A stretch of DNA of 64,000 nt from Polyangiaceae bacterium (GTDB taxonomy: Bacteria; Myxococcota_A; Polyangia; Polyangiales; Polyangiaceae): contig CBDCTZ010000016.1 of NCBI GenBank assembly GCA_965222375.1, positions 1,344,001 to 1,408,000 on the forward strand. The letters are read 5' to 3'. This document shows positions 19,469-29,839 of the stretch, in pieces. Both the position numbers and the translations under genes were made by a program. Position 1 is the first letter of the stretch, and every line of letters starts with the position of its first letter. The notes beneath the pieces were generated by a model. The model was not told the origin of the DNA. It made no database searches and worked only from the letters and a program-made list of their open reading frames with translations.

Positions 19469-21424
19469 ATGAAATCCTCGCTAGTTCTCCGCCTGTGCGC
19501 CCTGTCAGCCCTGCTTTTCCTGGCTTCTTGCTCCTCCTGCAGCAAATCCAAAGGGACGGGTGTCAGAAAGGGCTCCGGTCCGAGCCACACCCAGCTGGTA
19601 GTGCAGAAGGGCACGAAGAAGTCGCTGACGGCCTTCAAAGACGAGAAGGATCTCAAGGGCTTTCTCGACGAGTTGGTTGAAGCGCAGCGCAGGGACAAGA
19701 AGTCGCGGCGCCGCGCGGGAGGCCAAGCGAGCCCTCCACCGGCCGCGGCCGCAGAGCCCGAGTCAGCTGCAGCCGACAAGTCGGAAGACAGCGCTGAGGA
19801 ATCGGTAACCAATGTGCAGCACGCTGGCGTTGACGAGGGGGGGATCGTCAAGCTTCATCGCGGGCACTTGATCGTCTTGCGGCGCGGCCGCTTGTTCACG
19901 GTGCGCATCGACGCGGGCGCTCTAGCGCCAGTCAGCAGCATCAACGCTTTTGGGCCGGACGTTTCTCCCAGGGGCGCCTGGTACGACGAAATGCTGGTCA
20001 ACAACGGGACCATCGTGGTGGTTGGCTACAGCTATCAGCGTGGTGGAACCGAGCTTGGTCTGTTCAAGATGGATGAGGCTGGCAAGCTCAGCTACCGCGC
20101 GACATACCACTTGCGTTCGAACGACTACTATTCCTCTCGAAACTACGCGAGCCGTCTGATCGGCAACAAGCTCATCTTCTACTCGCCGCTATACTTGCGA
20201 TTGCACCGGGGCACGCCTCTGGACTACTTCCCGGCGATGCGCCGCTGGAAGAAGGGCGCCACGAAGGCGGACTTCAAGCGGATCATCGACGCCAAGCGAG
20301 TGTACCGACCGCTGATTCCCTCCCGGAGTCTGGCGTTGCACACCGTGACAACGTGTGACCTGTCAACGCCGGAACTCGACTGCAAAGCGACCAGTGTGAT
20401 GGGCCCACCCGGGCGTGTCTTCTACGTGTCTCCGTCTTCCGTGTACGTCTGGATGACCCAATGGGATAGACGAGGCAAGCGGCGAGTGCCGCGCTCAATT
20501 GCCTATCGGTTGCCTCTCGACGGTGGAGAGCCGACTGCACTTGGCGTCGCTGGTAGTCCGATTGATCAGATGTCCTTCCGCGAGGGCAGGGACGAACACC
20601 TGAACGTGCTGGTGCGTGCCAACGGAAGCGGCGAGGGCATGTGGGGCGCGGAAGTTACCAGTGGCGACATGGCACTGCTGCGGGTGCCGCTGAGCATGTT
20701 CGGCGATGGCACCGAAAAGGCGTCTTCGAGCCACTATGCTGACTTGCCGAAGCCCAAGGGGTATGCGGTGCACAACCGCTTCGTCGGGGACTACATCCTG
20801 TACGGCACTGGTTCTGGTTGGGGGCGCCCCAGAAAACCTGTCGATTCCAACGTGTTCGCGTACCGCTTCGCAGGCGGAAGTGAGCCTGCGGCTTTGCCCC
20901 TACCCCATGGCGTGGATCGCATCGAAGCACTCGGCAAGAATGCCGTCGCCGTGGGGTCGGACGGCACGGATCTCTTTTTCACTCCCGTGGACCTGGCAGG
21001 AGATCCGACTCTCAAACCGGCGTACAGGCGAGCCGGAGCCAATCAGGGTGAAACTCGCAGCCACGGGTTCTTCTACAAGCCTAAGAGCGACACCGAAGGC
21101 ACCCTCGGCTTGCCCATCGTGGCACGAGGCCGGCCCGGGCACCGTCAGCTCACCCGTGGTTCCGCCTCGATACTGTTCCTCAACAACCGGAACTTGTCGT
21201 TCTCCGAGGTCGGTACGCTCGAAGCCCGCCCGGGCGTAGGGCAGAACGATGGCTGCCAGGCGTCCTGTGTCGACTGGTACGGCAACGCTCGACCGCTTTT
21301 CTTCAAGGGGCGGATTGTGGCGCTCCTAGGTTACGAGCTCGTGGAAGGCGCTCTCGATGACGGCCGGTTGTCCGAGAAACGGCGGACCAGCTTCGCACCC
21401 GCGGGCAACGTTATCGCGCGCTGA
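19469..21424 (+). CDS. Secreted beta-propeller domain (Beta_propel family) lipoprotein
   Basis: Lipobox LASC; signature TNVQHAGVDEGGIVK, SNDYYSSRNYASRL, CQASCVDWYGNARP. Alternative start at 19409. Confidence 0.85.
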   Translation: MKSSLVLRLCALSALLFLASCSSCSKSKGTGVRKGSGPSHTQLVVQKGTKKSLTAFKDEKDLKGFLDELVEAQRRDKKSRRRAGGQASPPPAAAAEPESAAADKSEDSAEESVTNVQHAGVDEGGIVKLHRGHLIVLRRGRLFTVRIDAGALAPVSSINAFGPDVSPRGAWYDEMLVNNGTIVVVGYSYQRGGTELGLFKMDEAGKLSYRATYHLRSNDYYSSRNYASRLIGNKLIFYSPLYLRLHRGTPLDYFPAMRRWKKGATKADFKRIIDAKRVYRPLIPSRSLALHTVTTCDLSTPELDCKATSVMGPPGRVFYVSPSSVYVWMTQWDRRGKRRVPRSIAYRLPLDGGEPTALGVAGSPIDQMSFREGRDEHLNVLVRANGSGEGMWGAEVTSGDMALLRVPLSMFGDGTEKASSSHYADLPKPKGYAVHNRFVGDYILYGTGSGWGRPRKPVDSNVFAYRFAGGSEPAALPLPHGVDRIEALGKNAVAVGSDGTDLFFTPVDLAGDPTLKPAYRRAGANQGETRSHGFFYKPKSDTEGTLGLPIVARGRPGHRQLTRGSASILFLNNRNLSFSEVGTLEARPGVGQNDGCQASCVDWYGNARPLFFKGRIVALLGYELVEGALDDGRLSEKRRTSFAPAGNVIAR

Positions 21425-21465
21425 AATCGCGCAACTGACCGTCCCACGGTCCCGATACCAAACTG

Positions 21466-21487
21466 CCCACCCCAAATCGGGGGTGGG
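21466..21487. terminator. GC hairpin between convergent genes
   Basis: CCCACCCC-aaatcg-GGGGTGGG, 8-bp stem. Confidence 0.4.
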
Positions 21488-21526
21488 GAAATTTGAAATG
21501 GTTTGTGTAGCGGGTCCTGCGATGGG

Positions 21527-21582
21527 GGGCCAGCGACTCGGCGGGTCTGGCGAGGGCGGGCCAGTGACTCGGCGGGTCTGGC
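21527..21582. repeat. 25-bp direct repeat, 2 copies, each able to form a hairpin
   Basis: GGGCCAG(C/T)GACTCGGCGGGTCTGGC at 21527-21551 and 21558-21582. Confidence 0.8.
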
Positions 21583-22895
21583 TAGAGCAGATGGGGCTGC
21601 ACGCTGCCGTTGGGATCCCGCAGCAGAAGCGCGCGTCCTGATGAAGTGCGCGCCACCAGGACGGGATACAACGCGCCTCGAGATGTGCTGCGCTGAGGTT
21701 CGCGGAAGGTGCCAAGCAAGTACGGTATGACGCCGCTGACTTCCGTCGTCACCGTGAGGGTGAGCGCGGCGTCATCAAAGCGTGCGATTTGTGTTCGCCA
21801 CTTCACGAAATAGTAGCCAGGCACATCCGGTTCGGAGGGGTCCCGTGAAGGAGAAAGGAGCCATTCATCGCTCCCATCGCCGTCGAGATCGGAGATATCC
21901 CAAAGGAACAGATCTTTGAAGGTCTTGGCATCGGCGACAGTTCCGGGTGCGGTTACGTGCAACACCCAATGGCCACCTTCATACACGTTGAAAAGCCAGT
22001 CGCGACGGTCCGCTTCGTTTCACCCACGCCCCGGCCGGGTACACCACGCGACCCTCATACTGGTTGCCGTCGCTGTTGTCGTGGGCGTAGCTGAAGAAGC
22101 GATCGCTAACCGAACCGGTGCTCACGTCGTACAGGGTCACATGACGTTCAATCTGGTGGAGGGGTAGACATAGCTGCCCAGTTTCTGAAACCCGCTCCCG
22201 CCATGTTCCAGGAACGCTCCGTCCGTCGCGTAGTAGGCCTGCAAGGAAAGTACTCTCTTGCTCCCGAAGAGCACGTCGATGCCCGTCCACTGTTCCGTGG
22301 GGTACGTCGCCGTAGGGAACGTCCAACACTTTGCGGGCTGGGGCGGTTGCAAGCTGGTCACGGTCCCATCTTTGCCGCTCACAACCTCCAGCCAGGTATC
22401 CAACATCGGCTTGCCACCGCAGGTTTGCCCCGAGTCCTTGCTACGCACCAGTCCTGCGTCCACCACGCCATCTGCGTCGTGGTCGAAACCGCCGAAGAGG
22501 CTGCCAGCGCCGACGTTCTTCTTCCACAGGGTCACACCCACTTCGTCGACCAAAGCCAGGTCGTCGCCGGAGCGCTCGAAGGCCGTCGCGCGCGTCGGAA
22601 GCGCACCAGCGCCAACCGGATACAGCGCGAGGACGCTTCCATCGCTTCGCAGCAATGCGTTCCCTGGCGGGGGCGCTGGGGCCGAGTCCGCTCCGACTTC
22701 GGCCGTTGAACCATCCGCGGCGTCGCTCCCGGAGTCGCTCCAGCTTGACCCGTCGAGGGTCACATCGAAACCCGCGTCAGCAGAGATGCCCGAGTCTGCG
22801 CTTGCCTTGCTGGCCGGGTCGTCACCACCGCAGCGGAGGGCGGTCATCAAGAGCGCCGCGGCTGCCGAGAGCTGTATCGCTTGTGTGCCCCGCAC
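21582..22895 (-). pseudogene. Large lipoprotein with FG-GAP-like motifs, broken by two frameshifts
   Basis: Signal peptide with ALRC and FDHDADGVVD in frame 1, to about 22160. Then IERHVTLYD...SRLAF in frame 2, to about 21990. Then NVYEGGHW...DLDGDGSDEW in frame 3. Confidence 0.65.
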
Positions 22896-22931
22896 GAGCT
22901 CAGCCTACCACCCGGCGGGATCCGCTCAAGC

Positions 22932-23597
22932 TCAGCACCAAGACTGGCCGCCCTCCGGCGCCCGCGACAGCTCCCGCACGTTGGCTTCGATGACTCGATA
23001 GCCGACGTTGCCGTTCAGTCGCTGCCTGCCTTCGTTGAAAACGAACGTTGGGCTCACCTCGACCGAGTACAACTTGGCGAGGTTGAGCCCACGCGACAAT
23101 TCTGCGTGAGCCCTCCCCGAGTAGAGCAGCTCTTCGATCTTGGGGACCGAAAGACCGATCGCGTCGGCAACCTCAAGTTGAGCCTTGCGCCTTGATATGT
23201 CGATCGCATCCTGGAAGAACGCTAGGCGCAGGGCCCAAGCCGCCTTTCGGAACATTTCCTGGTCGTGCAGCTTCACTGCGGCCAAGAAGATGTGGCACCC
23301 GAGGGAGGAGGTGGGGACGACCTTCGCCCAGACGTCGGGATGAATGGATACGTGATCGAATTGAGCCACGACGTCCCGCACGTGCTGCGCATAGGTGGCG
23401 ATGCCACCCCGGTCCTTCCACCGCGCCTCTAGTTTGCCGCGGGCGTCGCCGAACACGGTCATGAAGTGACAATCGGTGACGACCTGCTCACCGAAAGCGC
23501 TTTCGAGTTCGTTCAGGCGAGCCTGACCCACGTAGGCCCAGGCGCAGAGCACGTCGGAAAAGTACTGAACGCTCACAGGTTTCGGTTGTGCTTCCAT
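22932..23597 (-). CDS. DsbA/FrnE-like thioredoxin-fold protein
   Basis: YFSDVLCAWAY, LRLAFFQDA.DIS, SPTFVFNEGRQ.L.GNVGYRVIEAN. Confidence 0.85.
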   Translation of the reverse strand: MEAQPKPVSVQYFSDVLCAWAYVGQARLNELESAFGEQVVTDCHFMTVFGDARGKLEARWKDRGGIATYAQHVRDVVAQFDHVSIHPDVWAKVVPTSSLGCHIFLAAVKLHDQEMFRKAAWALRLAFFQDAIDISRRKAQLEVADAIGLSVPKIEELLYSGRAHAELSRGLNLAKLYSVEVSPTFVFNEGRQRLNGNVGYRVIEANVRELSRAPEGGQSWC

Positions 23598-23637
23598 CAC
23601 CTGGGAGCTTATGCCGAGATGCGCGTAGAATGTGGGC

Positions 23638-24129
23638 ATGAGGTTCGCCCACATGATCTCGAGCCTACTCTGCCTCACCGCTGGTTCAGCCTGCGGCGGC
23701 ACGCACCCAGCGAAAACACCGGACGCCAAACCGCAGCCCTCCAGCGCGGAGACACCCGAGTCAGCGTGTATCGCCCAGGCGGGTGCCGAGGTCGAGCCAG
23801 CGGCGGACGTGCCCGAACAGATCGCGGTTTCTCACATATTGGTTCGCCACAAGGACCTGAAGCGCCCTGAGGGTGCGACCAGAACCCGGGGTGAGGCTTG
23901 CCTACGTGCCCTGGCGGCTCGGGAAAAACTGCTGGAGGGAGGCGAGTGGGATGGCGTGTCCGAAGAGTTCAACGATGCTGCGGGTGTGACCGGTGGCGAT
24001 CTCGGCAGCGTGTCGAAAGACCAGCTCGATTCCCGCTTCGGGGACGTGGCATTTGCACTCGGGGCTGGCGAACTCAGCCATGTCGTGGAGACCGAGCGCG
24101 GATTCCACGTGATCGCGCGCACGGAGTGA
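23638..24129 (+). CDS. Parvulin/PpiC-type peptidyl-prolyl isomerase, lipoprotein
   Basis: Lipobox GSAC; SHILV.H, GGDLG, F...AFAL..GELS.VVETERGFHVI.R. Confidence 0.9.
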   Translation: MRFAHMISSLLCLTAGSACGGTHPAKTPDAKPQPSSAETPESACIAQAGAEVEPAADVPEQIAVSHILVRHKDLKRPEGATRTRGEACLRALAAREKLLEGGEWDGVSEEFNDAAGVTGGDLGSVSKDQLDSRFGDVAFALGAGELSHVVETERGFHVIARTE

Positions 24130-24143
24130 ATCGCTGGTGAGCT

Positions 24144-25961
24144 TCACAGCGCGCTTTGCAGAAATGTGAGCAACGCGGCCCGTTCGGCGTCGGTCAGGGA
24201 AAACTCCCCGGCGTCCGGGTCGAAGTTCGAGGGCGCGATCCCAAGACCCTTGCCACTACCCGCGGCATAGAAGTCCACCACTTGCGCGAGGGTCTTGAAG
24301 GAACCGTTGTGGAAGTAGGGTGCGGTCTTGCTCAAGTTGCGCAGGCTAGGCACCTTGAAGGCGTGGGAGTGGAGCGCACGCTTGGTGATTCCTCCTCGTC
24401 CCAGGTCCGGGTCGATCTGCTTCGTCTTCGGCCGGCTTGGAACGCCGATCGAGGAAATCTCGGTCGTAGTGAAACGAGGCGGTGCGGTTCCGCTCGTCAG
24501 TGGCAGCCGATGGCACCTGCTGCAGCGGGCGCGCCCATAGAACACGTCGAAGCCGCGGAGCTGCTCCGCATTCAGAGCGCCCAACTCGCCGCGGACGTAG
24601 CGGTCGAAGGACGTGTTGTCATCTACGAGGCTGCGCTCGTGCTCTGCCAGCGCGTGCTTTATGTTCGCAATAGTCACGCCGTCACGAAAAGCTCGGCGCA
24701 TCTCCTCGACGAGCTGGTCGTCCTTTTGGAGCCGCTTCCAGATGACTTGCCAATCTCCGCCCATGTCGTTTTCCACGGCGATTTCGACCTGACGCATGAG
24801 GGTGCTAGCCCGCCCGTCCCAGAAGAACATCGGCTCATAGGCGATGTTGACCAGCCCAGGCACGTCTCTGGCGAGGGACTTGCCGTTGAAGGCGCGAGGA
24901 CGGATCGGGCCAGCAGACAGTGCGAACTGGGTTCGGTGACAGCTCGCACAGCTCATGGACTGCTTCGCGCTCAAGCGTTTGTCCTGGAATAGCTTCTTTC
25001 CGATGCGGGCCTGCTTGTCGTTCAGGGGCCTTCCTGGCAGGCGAGGGAAGGTGGCGACGCTGACGACTTGCGCGTGGGGCCTGCCGCTGCCTGCTGGGCG
25101 CTGGGGGGCGAAAGGGGCAGGAACGACCGCGCCTCGTTGTGCAAATAGCTCGCGTAGCGCGGCGCCGAGTCGGGCGCTCAACACCAGGCCGGTCAGTTTG
25201 TCGTGCAACCGATCTCCAGGCTCCTCCTTTCGCTGGCGTAGCCATTGCTCGAACTTTCGAGCCGTGGACTTCACTTGAAGGGATTCCGCACCCACCCCCG
25301 ACTTCGCTAACAGCCGCGCATATCGCGTCAGCGCGCGGCCACTGCTCCAAACGTCGATGTGGGCCTCCTCGGCGCTCTCGCTCCTGGAGCCATCGAGCAA
25401 CTTTCCCCAGTTGAAGACGCCCTGGCTCAAAGCTCGCGCGACCAAGCTGCGGCGCATGGAAAAAGTGCGCGCCTCGCTCGCTGCCAGCCGTGCTGCGGGT
25501 TTGGTCCGCGCGAGGACCTGCTTCACCCGTCCAAAATCCACGGGCTGCTGCAAGAGGGCGTCACCCAGGGCACGCAGACCCAAATCTTCGGGGATCTCGT
25601 CGGGTTCGTCTTCGTCGGGCTCCAGCGTGGACGAATAGGTCAACAGCTCTGCAATTGGGAGCAAACGTCGGAAAGCCTTCCGCAAGTCCAAGTAGGCCGC
25701 CCACGCGCGCTTGGGATCCTCAGCGGCCGCCGCGCGCTCCACCCGCTCGAACGCCGCACTCAGAGCGTCGCCGTCCCGGACTGCGATGGGCCGGAGGAAC
25801 GATAGGTCGCCGCCACCCAGCGCGCGTCCGGAGCGGTCGGCCCCTGGCATGGCGCTGCTGCTGCCCGCCGCAGAACTTGCAGCGGAGCCGTGACGATCCG
25901 GAGACGATCGGCAGGCCGTGAGCAAGAGCAGGGCGAGCGCGATGGGAGCGAGCGCATTCAC
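24144..25961 (-). CDS. Di-heme cytochrome c peroxidase/MauG-family lipoprotein with an extra helical N-terminal domain
   Basis: Lipobox LTAC; GKKLFQDKRLS..SCASCH, FFWDGRA, CSRCH, FKVPSLRNL..TAPYFHNG. Confidence 0.88.
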   Translation of the reverse strand: MNALAPIALALLLLTACRSSPDRHGSAASSAAGSSSAMPGADRSGRALGGGDLSFLRPIAVRDGDALSAAFERVERAAAAEDPKRAWAAYLDLRKAFRRLLPIAELLTYSSTLEPDEDEPDEIPEDLGLRALGDALLQQPVDFGRVKQVLARTKPAARLAASEARTFSMRRSLVARALSQGVFNWGKLLDGSRSESAEEAHIDVWSSGRALTRYARLLAKSGVGAESLQVKSTARKFEQWLRQRKEEPGDRLHDKLTGLVLSARLGAALRELFAQRGAVVPAPFAPQRPAGSGRPHAQVVSVATFPRLPGRPLNDKQARIGKKLFQDKRLSAKQSMSCASCHRTQFALSAGPIRPRAFNGKSLARDVPGLVNIAYEPMFFWDGRASTLMRQVEIAVENDMGGDWQVIWKRLQKDDQLVEEMRRAFRDGVTIANIKHALAEHERSLVDDNTSFDRYVRGELGALNAEQLRGFDVFYGRARCSRCHRLPLTSGTAPPRFTTTEISSIGVPSRPKTKQIDPDLGRGGITKRALHSHAFKVPSLRNLSKTAPYFHNGSFKTLAQVVDFYAAGSGKGLGIAPSNFDPDAGEFSLTDAERAALLTFLQSAL

Positions 25962-25999
25962 GCGACAAGGTGTAAGCTCTTCACCGGAGGTCGGCCAGG

Positions 26000-27385
26000 G
26001 TGAACGTCATCTATCGCAAGGGAACATGGGCCTGCGCCGCTGCACTCGCCCTGTCTATGCTCGCCTGTTCGTCGTCCGACGATGAAAAGTCAGAACCGAA
26101 GGTGCCCCGACCCGACGATGGCGTCGCGACTGCCGCGAGAGAAGCGTGTGAGTTCGCGTCCGGAGCGTTGCCCCAAGACACCTTGGGTGCATCTGACCGA
26201 ATCGGCAAATCGATCCCCGTCGACCACATCTTCGTGCTGATGATGGAGAACCGCAGCTTCGACCACTACTTTTCGAAGCTGCCTGAATACGGTGTGACGG
26301 ACGTGGCCGTCGCCGACGCTAGCTTCACGAACCTCGATCAGAACGGCCAGGCCGTAGCCTGGTACCACGAGACCGAGTACTGCATCGAGGATCCGCGGCA
26401 CAGTTGGAACAACAGCCACGAGCAGTGGGCGGCGGGGAAGAACGACGGTTTCGTGCTCAACAACGAACCCGACGGCGCGCGCGCCATGGGCTACTTCGAC
26501 CACACAGATCTGCCCTTCTACTACGAATTGGCTTCGCAGTTCGCGATCGGGGACCGCTACTTCTGCTCCATGCTTGGGCCAACCTGGCCAAACCGCATGT
26601 ACCTATACAGTGGTTCCAGTGGTGGCCTTACTAAGAACACTCTGCCTTTGGACGTGAAGACTCCCAACATCTTTGCCGCGCTGATCGACAAGGGTGTGGA
26701 GTGGAAGACCTATCGATCCAACTTACCCCCGGCAGCGATGTATCTCGAGACTTGGCTGGAGAGCACCAAAGGCTGCTCAGACCCAGAAAACGGTCCGTGC
26801 CGCCTGGCAGAATTCGAACAGCTGATTCCCGATCTCGCAAGTGGCGACGTGCCCCCAGTCACCTTCATCGAGCCGGAATACAGCACTGGCATCTACGAGA
26901 CGAGCGAGCACCCCCCGGCCAATCCACACCACGGACAGAATTTCGTGTGGCGAGTCGTAGACGCGCTAACCAAGAGCCCGGTGTGGGGCCGTTCGGTGCT
27001 CTTCATCACCTACGACGAGCACGGCGGGTTTGCGGACAGCGTGCCACCGCCAAAGGCGTGTCACCCCGGGGACAGAGATCCCGACGACACCAGCAAGGGC
27101 ACCTTCGATCAATACGGCTTCCGTGTCCCGTTCATCGTGGTTTCGCCCTTTGCCAAGAAGGGCTACGTGTCTCACATCGATCGGGACCACACGGCAATCC
27201 TGCGCTTCATCCAAGCCAAACACGGCATTGGTGCCTTCACGAAGCGGGACGCGAACTCCGACGCCCTCATGGACATGTTCGATTTCGCGCAGCCCCCTCA
27301 CAAGAGCCCACCTGCGTTCGTCGAGCCCAGTATCGATCCCGCAAAAGTCACGGAATGTGAGCAGGCGTTCCCGGGCGGCAAGTAG
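26000..27385 (+). CDS. Phosphoesterase (phospholipase C/acid phosphatase family) lipoprotein
   Basis: HIFVLMMENRSFDHYF, GPTWPNR, SEHP, ITYDEHGGF, GFRVPFIVVSPF, DHTAILRFI. Confidence 0.92.
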   Translation: MNVIYRKGTWACAAALALSMLACSSSDDEKSEPKVPRPDDGVATAAREACEFASGALPQDTLGASDRIGKSIPVDHIFVLMMENRSFDHYFSKLPEYGVTDVAVADASFTNLDQNGQAVAWYHETEYCIEDPRHSWNNSHEQWAAGKNDGFVLNNEPDGARAMGYFDHTDLPFYYELASQFAIGDRYFCSMLGPTWPNRMYLYSGSSGGLTKNTLPLDVKTPNIFAALIDKGVEWKTYRSNLPPAAMYLETWLESTKGCSDPENGPCRLAEFEQLIPDLASGDVPPVTFIEPEYSTGIYETSEHPPANPHHGQNFVWRVVDALTKSPVWGRSVLFITYDEHGGFADSVPPPKACHPGDRDPDDTSKGTFDQYGFRVPFIVVSPFAKKGYVSHIDRDHTAILRFIQAKHGIGAFTKRDANSDALMDMFDFAQPPHKSPPAFVEPSIDPAKVTECEQAFPGGK

Positions 27386-27797
27386 TTGGTCTCCAATCCG
27401 CGGCTCAGGGAGTTTTGGGGGTGGGGTCGGTTCACTGTTCGAGAATGGGGCACTACTCCCGCTCAGGTGCCCCCGTGCGAGATTAGCGACCCAGAGACGA
27501 GCAGGTACGCGACCCCAACCAATCAGCGGCTGACTAGTAAGTCCCAGCGCCCACTCTTGCGGGGAATCAGGCGGGCACGAAGCCGAGGGACTGGAGCGAA
27601 AGTCGACGAATTGACACAGGCGTCAGCATCTTCGCGCCTATTCGACACACGGCTGTAGGTGCCCGACGGCGGTGGGGCCAGCGTTTTTGCGTTTGGTTTC
27701 GGCATCTTATTCTCCATCGGAGAGTCCCTTTCCTCGGGGCGAATCCAGTACGGAGAACAAGAGAGCAAACCTCGTGCCTGGCGCTGCCAGGCTCACG

Positions 27798-28514
27798 CTA
27801 GTCGGCGTTGGTCACGACCAGGATGTAGTAGCCCTGACCCGTGCCATCGAGGGGGCTGAAGGTGACGGTGGTGCCGACCATGGTGATGGCTCCGCCCGCA
27901 GGGACCTTGATGTCGAGGATCTCAGAATCAACCGCGTTCAGCGTGTTCGGTATGTCGTCGTTCACCGCCAGACACTGCTTGGCATCGCTGGGGATCCCCA
28001 TCCCGGAATAGAGAAACAAGTAGGGGTCGTCGAGGGCGGGTTCACCCTTGGGGCCCGTTTGGGAGAGCATCTCGAAGCTGTAGGTGTGCTCGACGCTGTC
28101 ATTGTTGCAAAACGCGTATACGACCTGAGGAACGTCCGCCGCATTAGCTGGAAGCAGTGCGGTCGCCGGGCAGACCGGGGGGTCATCGTGAGGTCGCTTC
28201 CACATGTTGCTGGTCGTTGTGAACGTGCCGTCGATGGCCAGCGGGATGTTCGGGTCATTCGAAAAGTCGAAGCACTTCAAGGTCCCCGCATCGGCACCGC
28301 TGGCGCCCCCGCTTCCGCCGGTGGCGCCCGAGTCTGCGCCACCACTGGCAGAGCTTCCGCCGAGGCCTGCATCCATCCCAGCGCTTCCGCCTGTGTTGCC
28401 GCCGCTACCACCGGTCCCACCGCTGCCTCCGCTTGCGGGGCCTCCGCTACTGTCGTCGGAGCTGCAGCCGGTGAGCGAGACGAGGAGCAACAAGACGATT
28501 CCGCGGGAGATCAT
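27798..28514 (-). CDS. Lipoprotein with Gly tether and a PPC-like C-terminal domain
   Basis: Lipobox LTGC, Gly-rich linker, DPYLFLY...CLAVNDD. Confidence 0.7.
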   Translation of the reverse strand: MISRGIVLLLLVSLTGCSSDDSSGGPASGGSGGTGGSGGNTGGSAGMDAGLGGSSASGGADSGATGGSGGASGADAGTLKCFDFSNDPNIPLAIDGTFTTTSNMWKRPHDDPPVCPATALLPANAADVPQVVYAFCNNDSVEHTYSFEMLSQTGPKGEPALDDPYLFLYSGMGIPSDAKQCLAVNDDIPNTLNAVDSEILDIKVPAGGAITMVGTTVTFSPLDGTGQGYYILVVTNAD

Positions 28515-28594
28515 GACCGCAGAGACTAGCAGCTTCCTCTTGGGATTGCGGTGAAACCCCTCGCGCCGTCGCGATTTGATGTAAGTCACGAATC

Positions 28595-29806
28595 ATGCAA
28601 CCGCCTCAACCCGCACACGTGCTCTGGGCGACCGGCGCGGCGTATGCGCTGGTTGTTGTGCTGGGCTGGGTGTTGCGTAGCCGCACCTACGCGATCTTCC
28701 GAGCAGTCACGTTGGGCGTCTACGGGCTCATCTTTGCAGGTGTTGTGCGGGCCTGGCTGGCTACGCCTATCTGGCCGCTGGTGCTGTACCTGCATTCGAT
28801 GGTGTTCATGCACTCGGTGCTTCTCGCGCGACCCCGAATGCGCTCCCTGGCCTATCGCGCCCTGATAAGCATACCGCACTCCTTTTTCGCCGCGACGGTT
28901 CTGCTCTCGCTGCCGTGGGCCGTCTTGGCGGCGCTTGGGGTCTTCCCTTTCGGTTTCTGGATACCCGCCGTGCTGGCCTCTGTGGGTGTCTTCCAGAGTC
29001 TTCGTACTCGACCGACCGAGGTCGACTTGGTCATCGGGGACGAGCCCGCGGGCGCCCTTGCTCGAAGGTCGCATGGAGATTATCGCGAGAAGCGCCCGCT
29101 CTCTTTCGTGCAGATCACGGATCCACATCTGGGGCCGTTCATGAGTGTGGCGCGGCTGCGTAAGATCACGGAAGCCGCGGCCGCGCGGCAGCCGGACTTG
29201 GTGCTGTTGACCGGGGATTATCTGACCATGGAATCCCACTCCAAGCGCGAGCACTTGGGAGACGCTCTGATGCCTCTGCGAGCGCTGTCGGGGCGCGCTT
29301 TTGCGTGCTTCGGAAACCATGATCACGAAGCGCCGGAAACCGTGCGGGCCGCTATGTCAGCCGCCGGAGTCACGCTTCTCGTGGACGATGCGGCGGTCGT
29401 CGAGACGGCCGCCGGTGCCGTCCAAATTCTCGGCATGGACTATCACTACCGCGACCGGCGCAAGCGAATGGATAAGGTAGTGGCAGCTCATCCGCGCTTG
29501 TCCGGTGCCCTCCGCCTCGTGCTGCTTCACCACCCGGGCGCGTTCAGGCACCTGGCAGACGGTGAAGCAGATCTCGTGCTCTCCGGACACACTCATGGTG
29601 GGCAGGTGGGATTCCTGAGCCTGGGGCTGCACGTCACGTTGCTTCGCCTGCTGATGAATAGCCCCGACCACGGCTTCTGGGCGTTGGGGCAGAACCGCCT
29701 GTATGTCCATCGAGGCACTGGTCACTACGGATTCCCGCTTCGGATCGGAGTCCCGGCGGAGGAGAGCCTAGTGCGCGTTCATCGTGCCCAAGATTCGAGT
29801 CACTGA
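28595..29806 (+). CDS. Membrane-bound calcineurin-like metallophosphoesterase (YkuE-like)
   Basis: N-terminal TMs; DPHLG, LTGD, GNHD, LLHHP, SGHTHGGQ, LYVHRGTG. Confidence 0.92.
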   Translation: MQPPQPAHVLWATGAAYALVVVLGWVLRSRTYAIFRAVTLGVYGLIFAGVVRAWLATPIWPLVLYLHSMVFMHSVLLARPRMRSLAYRALISIPHSFFAATVLLSLPWAVLAALGVFPFGFWIPAVLASVGVFQSLRTRPTEVDLVIGDEPAGALARRSHGDYREKRPLSFVQITDPHLGPFMSVARLRKITEAAAARQPDLVLLTGDYLTMESHSKREHLGDALMPLRALSGRAFACFGNHDHEAPETVRAAMSAAGVTLLVDDAAVVETAAGAVQILGMDYHYRDRRKRMDKVVAAHPRLSGALRLVLLHHPGAFRHLADGEADLVLSGHTHGGQVGFLSLGLHVTLLRLLMNSPDHGFWALGQNRLYVHRGTGHYGFPLRIGVPAEESLVRVHRAQDSSH

Positions 29807-29839
29807 GATTTCACGCCAGCCCGTGGTATTTGGGCCGGC

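Noticed and set aside
21527..21582. Mini CRISPR array
   Set aside because: Only two units with a 6-bp gap, and no cas genes.
27523..27768. Small minus-strand ORF (MENKMPKP...)
   Set aside because: Plausible, but there is no motif or other support, so it was left unannotated.
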